64,000 bases of DNA from Eledone cirrhosa (GCA_964016885.1 OZ024745.1:69750001-69814000), one strand, 5' to 3'; counted from the stretch's first letter, positions 11,945 through 26,500 are shown. Notes: generated by a model from the sequence alone, not told the origin. A program made the numbers and translations.

Positions 11945-14560
11945 CCTGTGTCAGTGTTGAACAAAAAGGTGACGTGGTTGCCTTAACACCGTATGGCATA
12001 AATTCAGGCTGTTCAGTTTGTTTACAAACGAACAAAGCGACGTTATAATAAGCGCCGCTAAACTGATACGTGCATATATGTATGTGTACCTGTATGCATA
12101 TGTATGTATATATGTATATATATATATATATATGTGCATGCTACTGTACGTCTGTATACATATATGTATGTACGTATACATGCATACTTACATTTAAGTA
12201 AGTGCCATACTAAGAGTGAGAAATGAAATTTCGTTTTCATTTTGTTTCAATTTATCGTTTTCGGTATGCCTGACCGATTTAACTCACTCAATATGCAAAT
12301 TAGGCTGCTCAGCCGTTAATTTTCATAAGGAAAGTATATACTTTCGAACGTTCAACTATCTGGCAGATGGGTAAACGGTGCTGATGATAGCTAACAAGCT
12401 TGAAACTAGTACATCGTTCCTGTGTCAGTGTTGAACAAAAAGGTGACGTGGTTGCCTTAACACCGTATGGCATAAATTCAGGCTGTTCAGTTTGTTTACA
12501 AACGAACAAAGCAACGTTATAATAAGCGCCGCTAAACTGATACGTGCATATATGTATGTGTACCTGTATGCATATGTATGTATATATGTATATATATATA
12601 TATATATGTGCATGCTACTGTACGTCTGTATACATATATGTATGTACGTATACATGCATACTTACATTTAAGTAAGTGCCATACTAAGAGTGAGAAATGA
12701 AATTTCGTTTTCATTTTGTTTCAATTTATCGTTTTCGGTATGCCTGACCGATTTAACTCACTCAATATGCAAATTAGGCTGCTCAGCCGTTAATTTTCAT
12801 AAGGAAAGTATATACTTTCGAACGTTCAACTATCTGGCAGATGGGTAAACGGTGCTGATGATAGCTAACAAGCTTGAAACTAGTACATCGTTCCTGTGTC
12901 AGTGTTGAACAAAAAGGTGACGTGGTTGCCTTAACACCGTATGGCATAAATTCAGGCTGTTCAGTTTGTTTACAAACGAACAAAGCGACGTTATAATAAG
13001 CGCCGCTAAACTGATACGTGCATATATGTATGTGTACCTGTATGCATATGTATGTATATATGTATATATATATATATATATGTGCATGCTACTGTACGTC
13101 TGTATACATATATGTATGTACGTATACATGCATACTTACATTTAAGTAAGTGCCATACTAAGAGTGAGAAATGAAATTTCGTTTTCATTTTGTTTCAATT
13201 TATCGTTTTCGGTATGCCTGACCGATTTAACTCACTCAATATGCAAATTAGGCTGCTCAGCCGTTAATTTTCATAAGGAAAGTATATACTTTCGAACGTT
13301 CAACTATCTGGCAGATGGGTAAACGGTGCTGATGATAGCTAACAAGCTTGAAACTAGTACATCGTTCCTGTGTCAGTGTTGAACAAAAAGGTGACGTGGT
13401 TGCCTTAACACCGTATGGCATAAATTCAGGCTGTTCAGTTTGTTTACAAACGAACAAAGCGACGTTATAATAAGCGCCGCTAAACTGATACGTGCATATA
13501 TGTATGTGTACCTGTATGCATATGTATGTATATATGTATATATATATATATATATGTGCATGCTACTGTACGTCTGTATACATATATGTATGTACGTATA
13601 CATGCATACTTACATTTAAGTAAGTGCCATACTAAGAGTGAGAAATGAAATTTCGTTTTCATTTTGTTTCAATTTATCGTTTTCGGTATGCCTGACCGAT
13701 TTAACTCACTCAATATGCAAATTAGGCTGCTCAGCCGTTAATTTTCATAAGGAAAGTATATACTTTCGAACGTTCAACTATCTGGCAGATGGGTAAACGG
13801 TGCTGATGATAGCTAACAAGCTTGAAACTAGTACATCGTTCCTGTGTCAGTGTTGAACAAAAAGGTGACGTGGTTGCCTTAACACCGTATGGCATAAATT
13901 CAGGCTGTTCAGTTTGTTTACAAACGAACAAAGCGACGTTATAATAAGCGCCGCTAAACTGATACGTGCATATATGTATGTGTACCTGTATGCATATGTA
14001 TGTATATATGTATATATATATATATATATGTGCATGCTACTGTACGTCTGTATACATATATGTATGTACGTATACATGCATACTTACATTTAAGTAAGTG
14101 CCATACTAAGAGTGAGAAATGAAATTTCGTTTCCATTTTGTTTCAATTTATCGTTTTCGGTATGCCTGACCGATTTAACTCACTCAATATGCAAATTAGG
14201 CTGCTCAGCCGTTAATTTTCATAAGGAAAGTATATACTTTCGAACGTTCAACTATCTGGCAGATGGGTAAACGGTGCTGATGATAGCTAACAAGCTTGAA
14301 ACTAGTACATCGTTCCTGTGTCAGTGTTGAACAAAAAGGTGACGTGGTTGCCTTAACACCGTATGGCATAAATTCAGGCTGTTCAGTTTGTTTACAAACG
14401 AACAAAGCGACGTTATAATAAGCGCCGCTAAACTGATACGTGCATATATGTATGTGTACCTGTATGCATATGTATGTATATATGTATATATATATATATA
14501 TATGTGCATGCTACTGTACGTCTGTATACATATATGTATGTACGTATACATGCATACTTA

Positions 14561-15176
<616 letters not shown>

Positions 15177-15220
15177 ATATAATAAATAAATAACAAAGAA
15201 CGCTTATAGCATATGCATAT

Positions 15221-15278
15221 CTTTACTTGCTAACATTGTTTCATCCGCACTATAAGTGGGACTCATCAGAGCATAAAG
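15221..15278 (-). ncRNA. Type I hammerhead ribozyme inside a 43-bp inverted repeat (15175-15217 / 15307-15349)
   Basis: Minus strand: CTTTATGCT-CTGATGA-GTCC cacttatagtgc GGAT-GAAA-CAATG-TT-AGCAAGTAAAG. Confidence 0.75.
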
Positions 15279-15444
15279 GTTAATTACATATGCTATAAGC
15301 GTTAATTGCATATGCTATAAGCGTTCTTTGTTATTTATTTATTATATTACGGCTCTGTCCCTACATTGAGCTAACCTCATACTGCCTGCTGGATAAGTGG
15401 AGTGTTATACACCCCTGATCCTTTCCCTAGCATACTATATATAC

Positions 15445-15522
<78 letters not shown>

Positions 15523-16401
15523 GAATATGAAAGAGAAATAAACACACATATATACATATATGTGTTCAAATCGTAAGGGACCAGATTCGCTAGGGTGTAA
15601 AAAATACTAACTATGAACAATAGTGTTTGCCAGACTCAATTTAAAAGAATACATTAAGAAAAAAAATACAAACCGAAATTGTGACAACTGTCAGACACCC
15701 AGTCAGCTTTTGGTAATGCTGTCCCGCCAATCTGGTCCCTTATGATTTGAACACATATATGTATATATCTGCGTTTATCTCTCTTGTATATTCAATTATA
15801 TTACACGGCCTGGAAACATTTCCTTCGTTGTGCTATTTAATTGTAAGAGACTATTTTGAGTTTCTAACTCAATATATACCTTTGACTCCGCTTTTTATAG
15901 TAGAGGTGTTAGACTTCGGATACTCGCCCCCTTCTCCGACCGCTGTCCCCTTTTTCCGTGCCTTCTATATTTCTTAGTGGCATCTTTGCTTTAATTTCTC
16001 GTCTATCCAGTATCTCTTTTTTCTTTTTCCCTTTTTTTTTTGGGGGGGGGGGGGGGCTGTATTAATTTTCCGTTCTTTACTTTTACTTCCTACGATCTTT
16101 CATGTAGCTTGTATAAGACTTTTTGTTTCGTGGCGGTACCCTTAGAGTTAGCACTAATATTTTTTTGCGAGACCCTGAATTATATTCTCGTACTAGTTTA
16201 CTTTCTTGCACTGGGTGGTTGCTGGCCCTGTGTTTGGGGTAGAAACTTTTATTATTTTCGTGGTAGTCTCTTTAGTATTCTGGCCCCCCTTTTGTTGACC
16301 CATCACCGTACGATACACGCACTTATACCTCGTATAAGGGTCCCTTTATTTCCGTCCCACCTAGTTTATTTCTATTATTATCATTTATTTTTTTATTCTA
16401 C

Positions 16402-16450
<49 letters not shown>

Positions 16451-16867
16451 TTTAAATTTATTTATTTTTTTTTTTTTATTTATCTATTCTTTTATTCACT
16501 TATTTGTTTATTTATTTATTTATGTATTTCTTCAGCCTAGCAATAGCGAGAGACTTAAGTCTTAGTAACCAGATTTTGCTTATATTTTTTTTTCTCTCTC
16601 AGTACCTTTTACAGTTTTACCTTTCATTGTTCTACTTACCGTTTCGACCTCCTTCCTCTCCCCCTTCCCAGTATCCTCTTTGACCTCACACCCAGCTGTA
16701 GCTGGCACTACCAACGCATGAATGGGTCTACTACACCCCCTCTCCCCCTTTTTCTCCTACTGGCAGGTTTAGCTACCCCTTCCCCCACCAACTTGCCATC
16801 ACAGATTTACTACTAACTTGTGATGTGACCAATCCTGGTGATTATCTCTTTGACCATATATGGAATT

Positions 16868-16962
16868 ACCCCTTGATAAGTTCGGCTATTTAAATACCAG
16901 AATTAATTTTTCATTCAATACAGAATTAGCCGTCGAAACGGCTTGAGCTCAGCCGTCGGGGT
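16868..16962 (+). ncRNA. Type I hammerhead ribozyme, U3-A8 core variant
   Basis: ACCCC-TTGATAA-G..CGGCTA...TAGCCG.C-GAAA-CGGCT tgagctc AGCCG-TC-GGGGT; 5-bp stem I, 6-bp stem III, GUC triplet. Confidence 0.75.
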
Positions 16963-17081
16963 CTTACTTGTTCCTATTACCCACTCTACTACCCTAAGTA
17001 TTGAGTACTTTGGTGCGTTATGGTCCACCTGGTTCCTTACCACATTTCCTTCGTTATATATATATATATATATATATATAA

Positions 17082-17245
17082 ACGACGGCTGTCTGAATTT
17101 TCTATCTGCCAAATTCACTTCATTTACCATTTGTAAACCTGAAGCTACAGTGAAAGACATGCCCAAAGTGACTCGCAGTGGTAATAGACTTGGAACCATA
17201 TTGTTGTGAAATAAACACCTTAACCATACACTCATGCCTGTGCCA
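17082..17245 (-). mobile_element. tRNA-derived CORE-type SINE (octopus OR-like)
   Basis: Minus strand GGCACAGGCATGAGTGTATGGTTAAG...ATGGTTCCAAG...CCACTGCGAGTCACTTTGGGCATGTC...AGCCGTCG tail ending in (TA)n. Confidence 0.6.
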
Positions 17246-17369
17246 TGAGTGTCTCATATCATCTACATAAATTAGCATATTTGATATGACTATCATTTGT
17301 ACATTGCTAAAATTGACAGTGAATCTTTACGCACAAGTGCGTAAACCTGGTAGAGCCTATCATGCGAGA

Positions 17370-17560
17370 AAAAGAGTAACATGAGAAATGGGAAAGAGAT
17401 ACAGAGAATGAATCGACCTCATTATTGAACTGGTTTTTATTTATCGACCTCGAAGTATGAAAGGGAAATTTGACTTCTGCGGAATTATAATGCACAGAGC
17501 AGAGAGGCAAAATCGAAGGCCGCAAAGCATTCTATCCAGTGTTATAGCAAATCTGCCATG
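17370..17560 (-). mobile_element. Degenerate Nin-like SINE
   Basis: TTTATCGACCTCGAAGTATGAAAGGGAAATTTGAC is the reverse complement of the Nin-like core. Confidence 0.5.
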
Positions 17561-18884
17561 CTAATTTACTGCATTTATATACAAGAGGTTGAGAGTGTTA
17601 AGAAATATTCGTGTACCCAAGTGTTGGGGCGTTGTTTGAAATAATAACTGGGAGTGGTAACAAGAAAAATATCTATTCACACTGTCCGTCACACACACGT
17701 ACATATATACTTATATGCACAAATAGATAAATGCATAGAGAAAAAGAGATGAATGTATATGGAGAGAAAGACAAAGAGTCAAGTGGTCTTTATCCAGGAC
17801 TGATTACTTGTTTGCAGGTGATGATGAAAGGCTCGACCGCCAGATGTATTGTAAAATTTTAAATTTAATTTATTGAGAAATAATAGATGACTTGTTGATT
17901 ATTATTGGGCGTTCTGATTTATCAACAATAACCGTCTGACTAGGAAATTGTACTCTGATGTGTCTACGAAAATCTGTAGAAATACTGGCTTGCACTCGTT
18001 ATCATTAAATTGAATATTGCCTTTCTGCAATGATGCAAAACATTTCATATTCAGTGGAGTACCTAAAAGTCGAACTCCAATTGACTTGAAACTTTGTAAC
18101 ACCACCGTTGGGGAAACTACATAACATTGGTCAATTAATCTTAAGGAAGCTTCTTACAAATGATCTAGTAAATATCTTTATACACGATCGTCGATTTAAT
18201 TTCGAATTTTGTGTTCAAAGTCCTAAACAGATATTGTAAATGGACCGATAAGATGAATGCTTTCTAGGCCCATATTTCAGAGAATTTCTTAGGTGTTTCA
18301 AGAAATTATCAAGCAGAGGAGCGAATTCTGACATACATTAAAGAATTTTGTAGCGGAAGGGATTCCATAGGTATGCTTGAATTCGTTTGAACTCAGCAAT
18401 TTAAATTGAACAATCAGACCAAACTCGTGGTACATGACATCCTAGCCAGTACCATTCCATTCTTCAGTGATATTTGAATCTATTACATAATATTACTTTC
18501 CCTTTTACTTTTACAAGAAGGTAGACGAGGAGAGATATTGAACCAGAAAAATAGGCGATGTTAGTAATCCCATATGAGTTGGATGAGTAGTGAAAATAAT
18601 GTATTCTGTATAAGTGCCTCACAATTCATCAAATGGAAGTTAGAATATAAACAATATTATAAACAATAGGAATATGTTAACTATAGAATATATGTGACAT
18701 GTCTCTCAGCAGAATGTATTATTCGGTTCTCCCTGGCTGGTGGGGTTCAGTCTGAACTTAAAATTATGGCTTTAACAGAAGATGACTATGATAGTAGAAA
18801 TAATTTACACACTAGCGACACTTATAGTTTCACATCTATATGCAAATCAAGCTTATTCCGAAGATAATTGTTTCCTGTTTACGT

Positions 18885-19065
18885 GCAATGCCAAATATTT
18901 GGGAACAGGAGGACATTCATTAAATCCATCCATGTAATTAGTAGTTACTTATTTTATACATCTCGGAAAGATGAAAGGAACAGTCAACCCGGAAGTTTTG
19001 AAAGACAAAGATCCGAAACAAATGATGCAAAGCGTGTTGTCTAACGTTCAAATGGTTCTGCCAAT
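18885..19065 (-). mobile_element. Degenerate Nin-like SINE
   Basis: CTCGGAAAGATGAAAGGAACAGTCAACCC...CTAACG...TTCTGCCAATTCAC matches the reverse complement of the SINE. Confidence 0.45.
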
Positions 19066-19284
19066 TCACTATGTTTATATTCTAGAAATAACAGGCCATT
19101 GACATATCAAAAACCAGTGTTGGGAATAAATTCCTTTTTCTTACTTGTTTTCTTTTTCTTTCCATAACCGATTAACTGGAAAAAACTACGTTTTATATAT
19201 TTACCTTCGTAATAGCTCCTTTACATCCTTCTTGCATCCTTCTTGCAAATAAATGAAATTATTATTGTCATTATTATTAATAAT

Positions 19285-19660
19285 AGTAGTATCGGTAGAG
19301 CGTTAGACAACACACCGAGTCTAGATTTGCGTTTGATCCCTACGGGGTCGATAAAGTAAAGTACCAGTAACACACAGGGGTCGGTTTAATCGAATTTCCC
19401 CTCCCCCAAAATTGCTGGTCTTGTGCCTAAAGTAGAAACAATGATTATTGTTATTAAGGGCCTTGGAATGGTAGAAACTTAGAAGTGTCAGACAAAATGC
19501 TTTACATATTTAGTTACAATTTACGCTGTGAGTTCAAATCTCGCCGAGTTCAACTTTGGTTTCTTCCTTCCAGAGGCGATAAATATAGTACCAGTCACGC
19601 ATTTGAGTCGATTTCTCCACAACCCAATAATGTTGGCGATATGCCTAAATTAGAAACCAT
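19285..19660 (+). mobile_element. Two adjacent Nin-like SINE copies (about 19285-19440 and 19458-19660)
   Basis: ATCCCTACGGGGTCGATAAAGTAAAGTACCAG and GAGTTCAAATCTCGCCGAGTTCAACTTTG; shared tail GTGCCTAAA-TAGAAAC. Confidence 0.6.
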
Positions 19661-20392
19661 TATAATTTTTGTTTTCATTAATTTTATTGTTTTAATATTA
19701 TTTTGTTTTTTCTGTTATTCATATTATTTTTACATCTCACCTTCTACGTGTTCTATCTCAGTTTATAATACAATTCCTCCCCTTATTCAATTTATTCTCG
19801 TCAGTGATGTTTTGCTCTCCTCCATGTTAGAGAATATTGTATTTTTTCTCTTTCGGTCTCTTCTCAAGCTATTTCCACTCCTCTTCACCTCTCAGATTAA
19901 TATTTTGCGCTGCAAACATCGATTTTACTAAATGGTTGAATTCTGATTGTTTTGATTTAAGTATTGGAAAATTTTTTTACTTGATTATTTTAAAAATTCT
20001 CCAGACATAATCTTCATGTTCCAACCAAATCTCCAAAAAATGCGCAACTCTTTTCTACTATTTATGTAGAAATTCTAATTAGCTTTTCTTTGCTATTGAT
20101 TTTGGAAGCCCTCCATTATTCAAGCAAATCAATTTTCTGTTATCCTTGGCATATTTAGGTTACATATATTTCCTTATTCCATAACCACTCCTCATATTTC
20201 AAAATGGATACTATTTTCTATCCTTTTCACAAATGATATAGTAGATATATTACAGATTATAATGAACAGTAGCTTACGGCCCAGTTACTTAATATCAACT
20301 TGTAATATACATTCCTTGGTAAACGTCCCTCCATTGTTTCATGACCAGGACTTAATCATTCATGATACCAGACCTACTGATTATTCATAAAA

Positions 20393-20476
<84 letters not shown>

Positions 20477-21493
20477 ATGTATTGCAGCTAATTCTACACA
20501 TTCCATCAAATAAGGCATTGTAGGATAGTTTTACGCTTGACCCTGTTTTTTTATGCCCTACTTCACAAACTGTTGTTCTCCCTCTAGATAATTATAAACT
20601 CAGTATAGATTATCTTTGATCACTGACATGGGACGTTAATTTCAAGACATGAAAATGATTTTAGATATAATGACTAAAAGTACTTATTTAATCTTCCAAC
20701 AAATATATTATATTATCACACTTGAAGACCCATGGGATGTGTGTAGCGTTCAACGCGGATTTGTATAACAAATAGAAAAAACATACTATTTGATTACAAA
20801 TTGAATCTGCGCACATACCAGCGACGTGAAATGCATTTTTAAAGAACTTGGACTTAAAGTGTATAATATGAGATAACATAAACGTACATCTATTATTTGT
20901 TCAAAGGAATAGTATAGAATGGTCTCATGGTGTATTATAATACTCCATATAGGGATAAGAATATAATTATTGTTGTTATTTCGTGTTACAAAATACATTT
21001 GAAAGGAATCAAAGAACTTGTGCTCAGTCACATAAGCCATATTTAACTCGATCATGTTCAGGACTACTCATTTAAAGACCCATAGGGTAAAGAAATACAA
21101 AGCAGTGTAAGTCTAAACCAGTATTGATTTCTTACCAAAATCGATATGATTTTTTCCTTCGCCTCTTCTATATAATCACCATCATGTCTCTAACTATCGT
21201 AATACGACATCAATAACACATTTATCATACGCTGTGGAATACCTATCTACAAGAACTGAAGACAATTGTTGATTTCGTATCCTAAATACATGACGAATCA
21301 TCCAATGTGAATGTTGCTAATATACTGAAATATTATATCATTGATTTTATTGTGCCATATGCCAGTGTAAAACTGCCTTTTTTCTGTATGACAATTATTA
21401 TAATTTTCGTAGTTTCTTGCATATTTCTACAGCATCGCCTGGGTTTTGGGAGGGTATATACCCCTCCAGGTAGTGTTATCTAGCTATCTAGTT

Positions 21494-21537
<44 letters not shown>

Positions 21538-21550
21538 TTACTACTACTAT

Positions 21551-21606
<56 letters not shown>

Positions 21607-21649
21607 TTACTACTACTATTACTACTACTACTACTACTACTACTACTAC
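21494..21649. repeat. (TAC)n microsatellite
   Basis: Direct reading. Confidence 0.95.
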
Positions 21650-23399
21650 AACCATTCTGCCATTCTGTGGGCCGTCTTTTGGAGCAGACCACACCAGTGT
21701 TTCTGATCTTTATCCTTGGTTCGACGCTACATCTGATTTCGTCTAAGTTTTTGTGGTGAACAGTAATAGGTGTTTTCAGAAGCGAGCAGGAATTGATGCA
21801 ACAAACCTGCCTAAGTTATATCTATCAGTGTGCCTTTATTAAGCCATGCAGGTAAATTACTTGATTTATATGATTTATTAGGATCACTTAAAAGACAAAA
21901 TCATAAATCAAACGATACCCATGTGATGGTGATTGATATGGGATGCGATATAATACAATGCTAAACATGTGAAGGTATGGAGGTATTTAGTAACACTGAT
22001 GTATGAAGAATGGATCTCAGAATTCTTGTCTACGATATTTTTGTTGTAAAGTTACGCAATAATCACTCCATAATCATTTCCCTCTACCACCTAACACGAC
22101 CAACATCACTTTAATTCTATCCAAGGATTAAACTCACAGATATTTCTCAGACTTTAAGAATTTCTGTAGAATTAATACAGAAGTCGCGAGTTCCTTTGAG
22201 ACACATAGAAACTTTTTAAAAACAATATTGATCCAAATAACATACAGTTGTGATGAATGGATTAATTTTGGAAGATGAAACACATTCTTGTATAAATACA
22301 ATATTTATCGGGATAATAATAATGGTAGGAAAACGAATTTTTTGAAGTCACATCATAGATAAATTCCAATATAATTAGAATAACTGTTGCTGTTTGTCCC
22401 AAGAACTACTCGAATCAAGAAATTCAATGTTAAAACTACTCTTCTCACATTCTGTATTTTTATACTTAAGTTCAAATATATTATCTATTTCCACCTTTTA
22501 TTTTAAAAACATACACTAACGTTTGATCAGGGTGGGGGGTTCATTGCTATTTGTAACACTTGGAACATAACATAGATCTTATTCCATTTACTTCGTTATC
22601 AGAGGATAATTTAGGGAAATAAATTCCATAAACGAATATATTGAATCATATATACATCTTTTCTATGATTTCAGATCAAAATACATTATACTTTGGAAGT
22701 ATAAAATAATCACGCATATTTGAATATTTCCAGACAATCTTCAATTGTGGTTTTAGATGAAAGTTTCCTAGAGGTTTATATCAACTGTTGTTGGATCAAA
22801 GATAATTGATTGTATATAATTGCGGTTATCAAAATAGAACAGTCGGAAGACAACATGCGTCTTTTTTACTAGGTATATCTGGAAAAGGGTACAATTCCCA
22901 TGACCTACACAAGCTCTCCGACAATAGGAAGGCTGATTCTAGTGTTCTAGTGGATCGATGTTTTGGATAGGAAGGTCTATCAGTTCGTTGTTTGGACGCT
23001 ATATATTTACAGGTCTCTAGTTTCTGGTTTCAAATATCATCGATATCGAGAAAATAATTAGTAGCCAGGTATTAGAGTTAAATAAACCAACTCCATTTAC
23101 ATCTCTCATCTGAATTTTGTCACCAATCTTGAGAAGCTAAGAGATACTGATCAGCAATTTGGAAGAAAAAAGCTCCCACAGTCGCATTAATTAAATTAAT
23201 ACATATTGGAAGCATTTTCGAAGCGAGGTTAAAAACACTATGCATGCAGGCCCTGAAGACACCATAGAGGGACCGCCGTGATATGCAGCCAGTCATTGGC
23301 ATTTTAAAACTGGCTGAGCCCATCACTCTCCAGATCCGAATACATTCGATGTTTTTCCAAAAGCTAGAGAGAGAGAGAGAGAGAGAGAGCAAACGAGAA

Positions 23400-23560
23400 A
23401 GGGATAAAGCGGAAGAATCTAATCCAAGAAAGAACTGGTATTGATCTCGAAAAGATGAAAGGCAAAGGTGACATCGATGAAAATTGAAATCAGATCGCTG
23501 AGACCCCAGGAAGAGTATCGGAACGCATTCTATCCGATGTTCCAACGTCTCTACCCAGTC
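23400..23560 (-). mobile_element. Degenerate Nin-like SINE
   Basis: CTGGTATTGATCTCGAAAAGATGAAAGGCAAAGGTGACATCG is the reverse complement of the core. Confidence 0.45.
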
Positions 23561-26500
23561 AAAGCCTAAACTAGCTTGAAATAATTTGAATATATGACTG
23601 ATGAAAAGGCAGTCCACTTGCTTATAGCATTAGCTACTGTTCCTCTACTACTGGTATAATAGAAATATATCATTTTGTATAGCAAATTTAATTTATAACC
23701 GATTAAAAAGATTTAAATATCATTCAGAAACACTGTGCATTTGCTTTGAATTATATCTGTAGCTATTGCGCAAGAAGATTATATTCTGTGTGGTGAGGAC
23801 GATTTAGATGTATCTAAAATATTTCCATGGTGATGGTGATCTTTTCTTTGTATTTCCTACCAATTGGAAAATTACGTTAGTAATAGTAATAATAATAATG
23901 ATAATAATGATGATAATAATAATAATGATAATAATAATTTGTGGAGAATCTGAAGGCTGTAACGAAGAGAATAACTGCATGATTTGAATTATTCTGACAA
24001 CATAGAAAACAGTGAACTCGTTTTAAATACAACCAATAAGAGAAAACAATAAATAAATAGAATATTAAAAAGGTAAAAAGAAGGCATGAAAATAGAAAGA
24101 ACACTGCAAGACTTGAAATGAGCAAACGTGGATGTTATATAGCAAATGTAAAATTTAATGGATTAAAAAGAGGAAAACAAATATTTTCACAAAAGTAACT
24201 GATGTGATAACGAAAACGTAGAAATTAGATAAACAAAAATTGCTATAAGATTTGAGCAACTGAAAAATCGATTAAACCAGACCAACAGATCGATAAAAAC
24301 TTGGTTCTGAGTGCCAGAAGCGAATTTCATTAAGGAAGAATTCATTAACATAAATATTATTAGAGTAATTTTACTATAAGAGATATAGCGTGCCTCCCAT
24401 TCTCGTGGTCAGTGTAGCGTGGGGACTGCTATTAATATCGTGGTGATCACCTTACAATTACCAACAACAAAATTACCATGGATAACAATAGTCACTTATT
24501 CACACCTCTACTTTATAATCATCATCATGCTACTCGTGTTTCCGCTACTGTTCAACTACCCACAATGCCAGTAGCAGCAGCAGCAGCTTTATAAACATGG
24601 ATCTCATCATCACCATGACTACCAATAAATCTCTTGGAAAATACATAAAACCAATGCTCCCCCTTCACTCCTTATTCTTTCTACACGCAATTGAACTTTT
24701 TAAAGTTAGAAAAAGTAAAGTGCAGAATTCAGGAATTTGCAGACCCTCCCACACCTCTACGTTTGATACACTTAATGCTCAGACTAAACACCTGTCTTCA
24801 AATATGCATGGGTAATGACAGAATTCCAGATGGCTGCAGTTCTAGTAATGGAACATTGTGTGCAGTTATCAAGGTGTAAGCTGGTACATAAAATATAATA
24901 GTGGTGACGAAATTAAGGGAAAGGATGAGTGTAATCTGTTGTATTCTGAGAAATAACTAAATAATTTAGAGTAATTTAAGTCACTATATGTAATAGTAGC
25001 AGGTGGGACAAAGAATAAGCAAAACGTGTTTATGTAGACAGTGAATCATTGGGAACATGTTGGTCTGTAAATCCTTTCTCGTTATAATGTCTTGCCTGGT
25101 TTCTAACCATCCTCATTGCTCTGGGTCACCATGGGCAATTGCACTAATGTTCACCTGTACCATGCTGTATATCCAAGATCCTCACCGAGAAAAAAGTGAC
25201 ATTGGTCGGTACAGTATCTACGTCCGACAATCACTCGGAAATTAGCTATTGAGCTGCAACTCGTTTCTTTTCATCACAAGGATGAAGCCGCTAGCCTCTT
25301 GAAGGTTTGATACCAATAAGAATAATGTGTCACAGCTACTCCTCGTTTGAAATCAGAATGATATTTCCCCTAGGCAGACTGACAATCTAGGCTATTGAGC
25401 TCTATCTACCTGTTTGTTTTAACACATTATAGGATGTTACTTCGACCTTTGATGGTTTTGTTTTTTTAAATCCCGCAATGTGTTTACAAATTTCCTCCTC
25501 ACCAAATAAGATTGATGGACTTACCTATTTAGTCAACGATAGCACGCCCATGTTAGATGTTGTGTATAGTTATCGAGAATGATCCAACATATATATGCCA
25601 AGAATTCTTCTGACATGCTTGCAAGAAAAGTATTTCTGGGGTCGAATCAGTATGGCACAGCGAGTGACAATAGTAGAGCTTTCAACTACAATTATACTCG
25701 ACAAACGGGCTTCAAAATATAACTTTTCTACCCGATTTAACTTAGAAAGTGTGACTTGAATGAAGTCTATTGAAAATGGAAATTGTTGAGCTTGCCACAT
25801 GTTGGGATCGAGCCCGTCACTTCGTTTTGAACTCATTGTTATCTGAAGGAAGCTACGTCTTCGGAATATTTCAGAGGGAGGAGAGGTCGAAAATGTATTT
25901 ATATGTATTCATACTGTATTCTTACTACTGACTTTTAAAAAAGACACAATGGTTTATCTAGTTTAGAGATGCGTAACCTCCTAAAATTTGGCTGATCATG
26001 AGGGCTTTGATTGTAAGGCTGTTGTTCAGAATTAAACATGGACTTATAGGCAATATACATTTTGACCGATTTTAGTGCAGAAAATGAAAAGTATGCGAAA
26101 GTGTGACTTTTTAAATATTTCATATATTTCTATATACTACACAAGTAAAATAAATGAAAATTGCATTATATGTATAATACTTCAAGCGTTACAAGATAAG
26201 TTTTCAGATGAATAGTTTTGTTCTACATGAAGTATTAAGCTATATTTTTTAAGTCAACATTAAAAGGTTAGTTGGTGAATAATATTGACTCTTGAGTGCT
26301 CGCTCCTATACACTGTTAAAAGATTAGTTGTTTTGCGGAAAAACAAAGATATGAAATACTGTATTCATGAGTACATCAGTAATCACCGATATGAATATTT
26401 AAAAACCCCCAGAAAATATGTATCTACACATAAGCTCCTACATAATCACTTCTAATACTTTAAAACATACAAATTATTTGTTACATTTCCTACGTATGTA

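Larger units (their letters stand above)
10077..14560. repeat. 474-bp tandem array with internal inversion; hammerhead-containing retrozyme-like satellite (about 3 units in minus sense 10077-11491, about 6.5 units in plus sense 11489-14560)
   Basis: Identical ORF triplets recur every 474 bp and switch strand at about 11490. Only two substitutions noticed (about 12513 and 14133). Each full unit has a hammerhead core. Confidence 0.95.

Noticed and set aside
10087-14551. Repeated 60/66/76-aa ORFs in the 474-bp unit
   Set aside because: Short, overlapping, partly translations of (TA)n, antisense to the ribozyme, and with no recognisable motif
10077-14560. CRISPR array or rDNA/snRNA/histone gene cluster
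   Set aside because: No unique spacers or cas genes, eukaryotic context, and no similarity I can see to 5S, tRNA or U snRNAs
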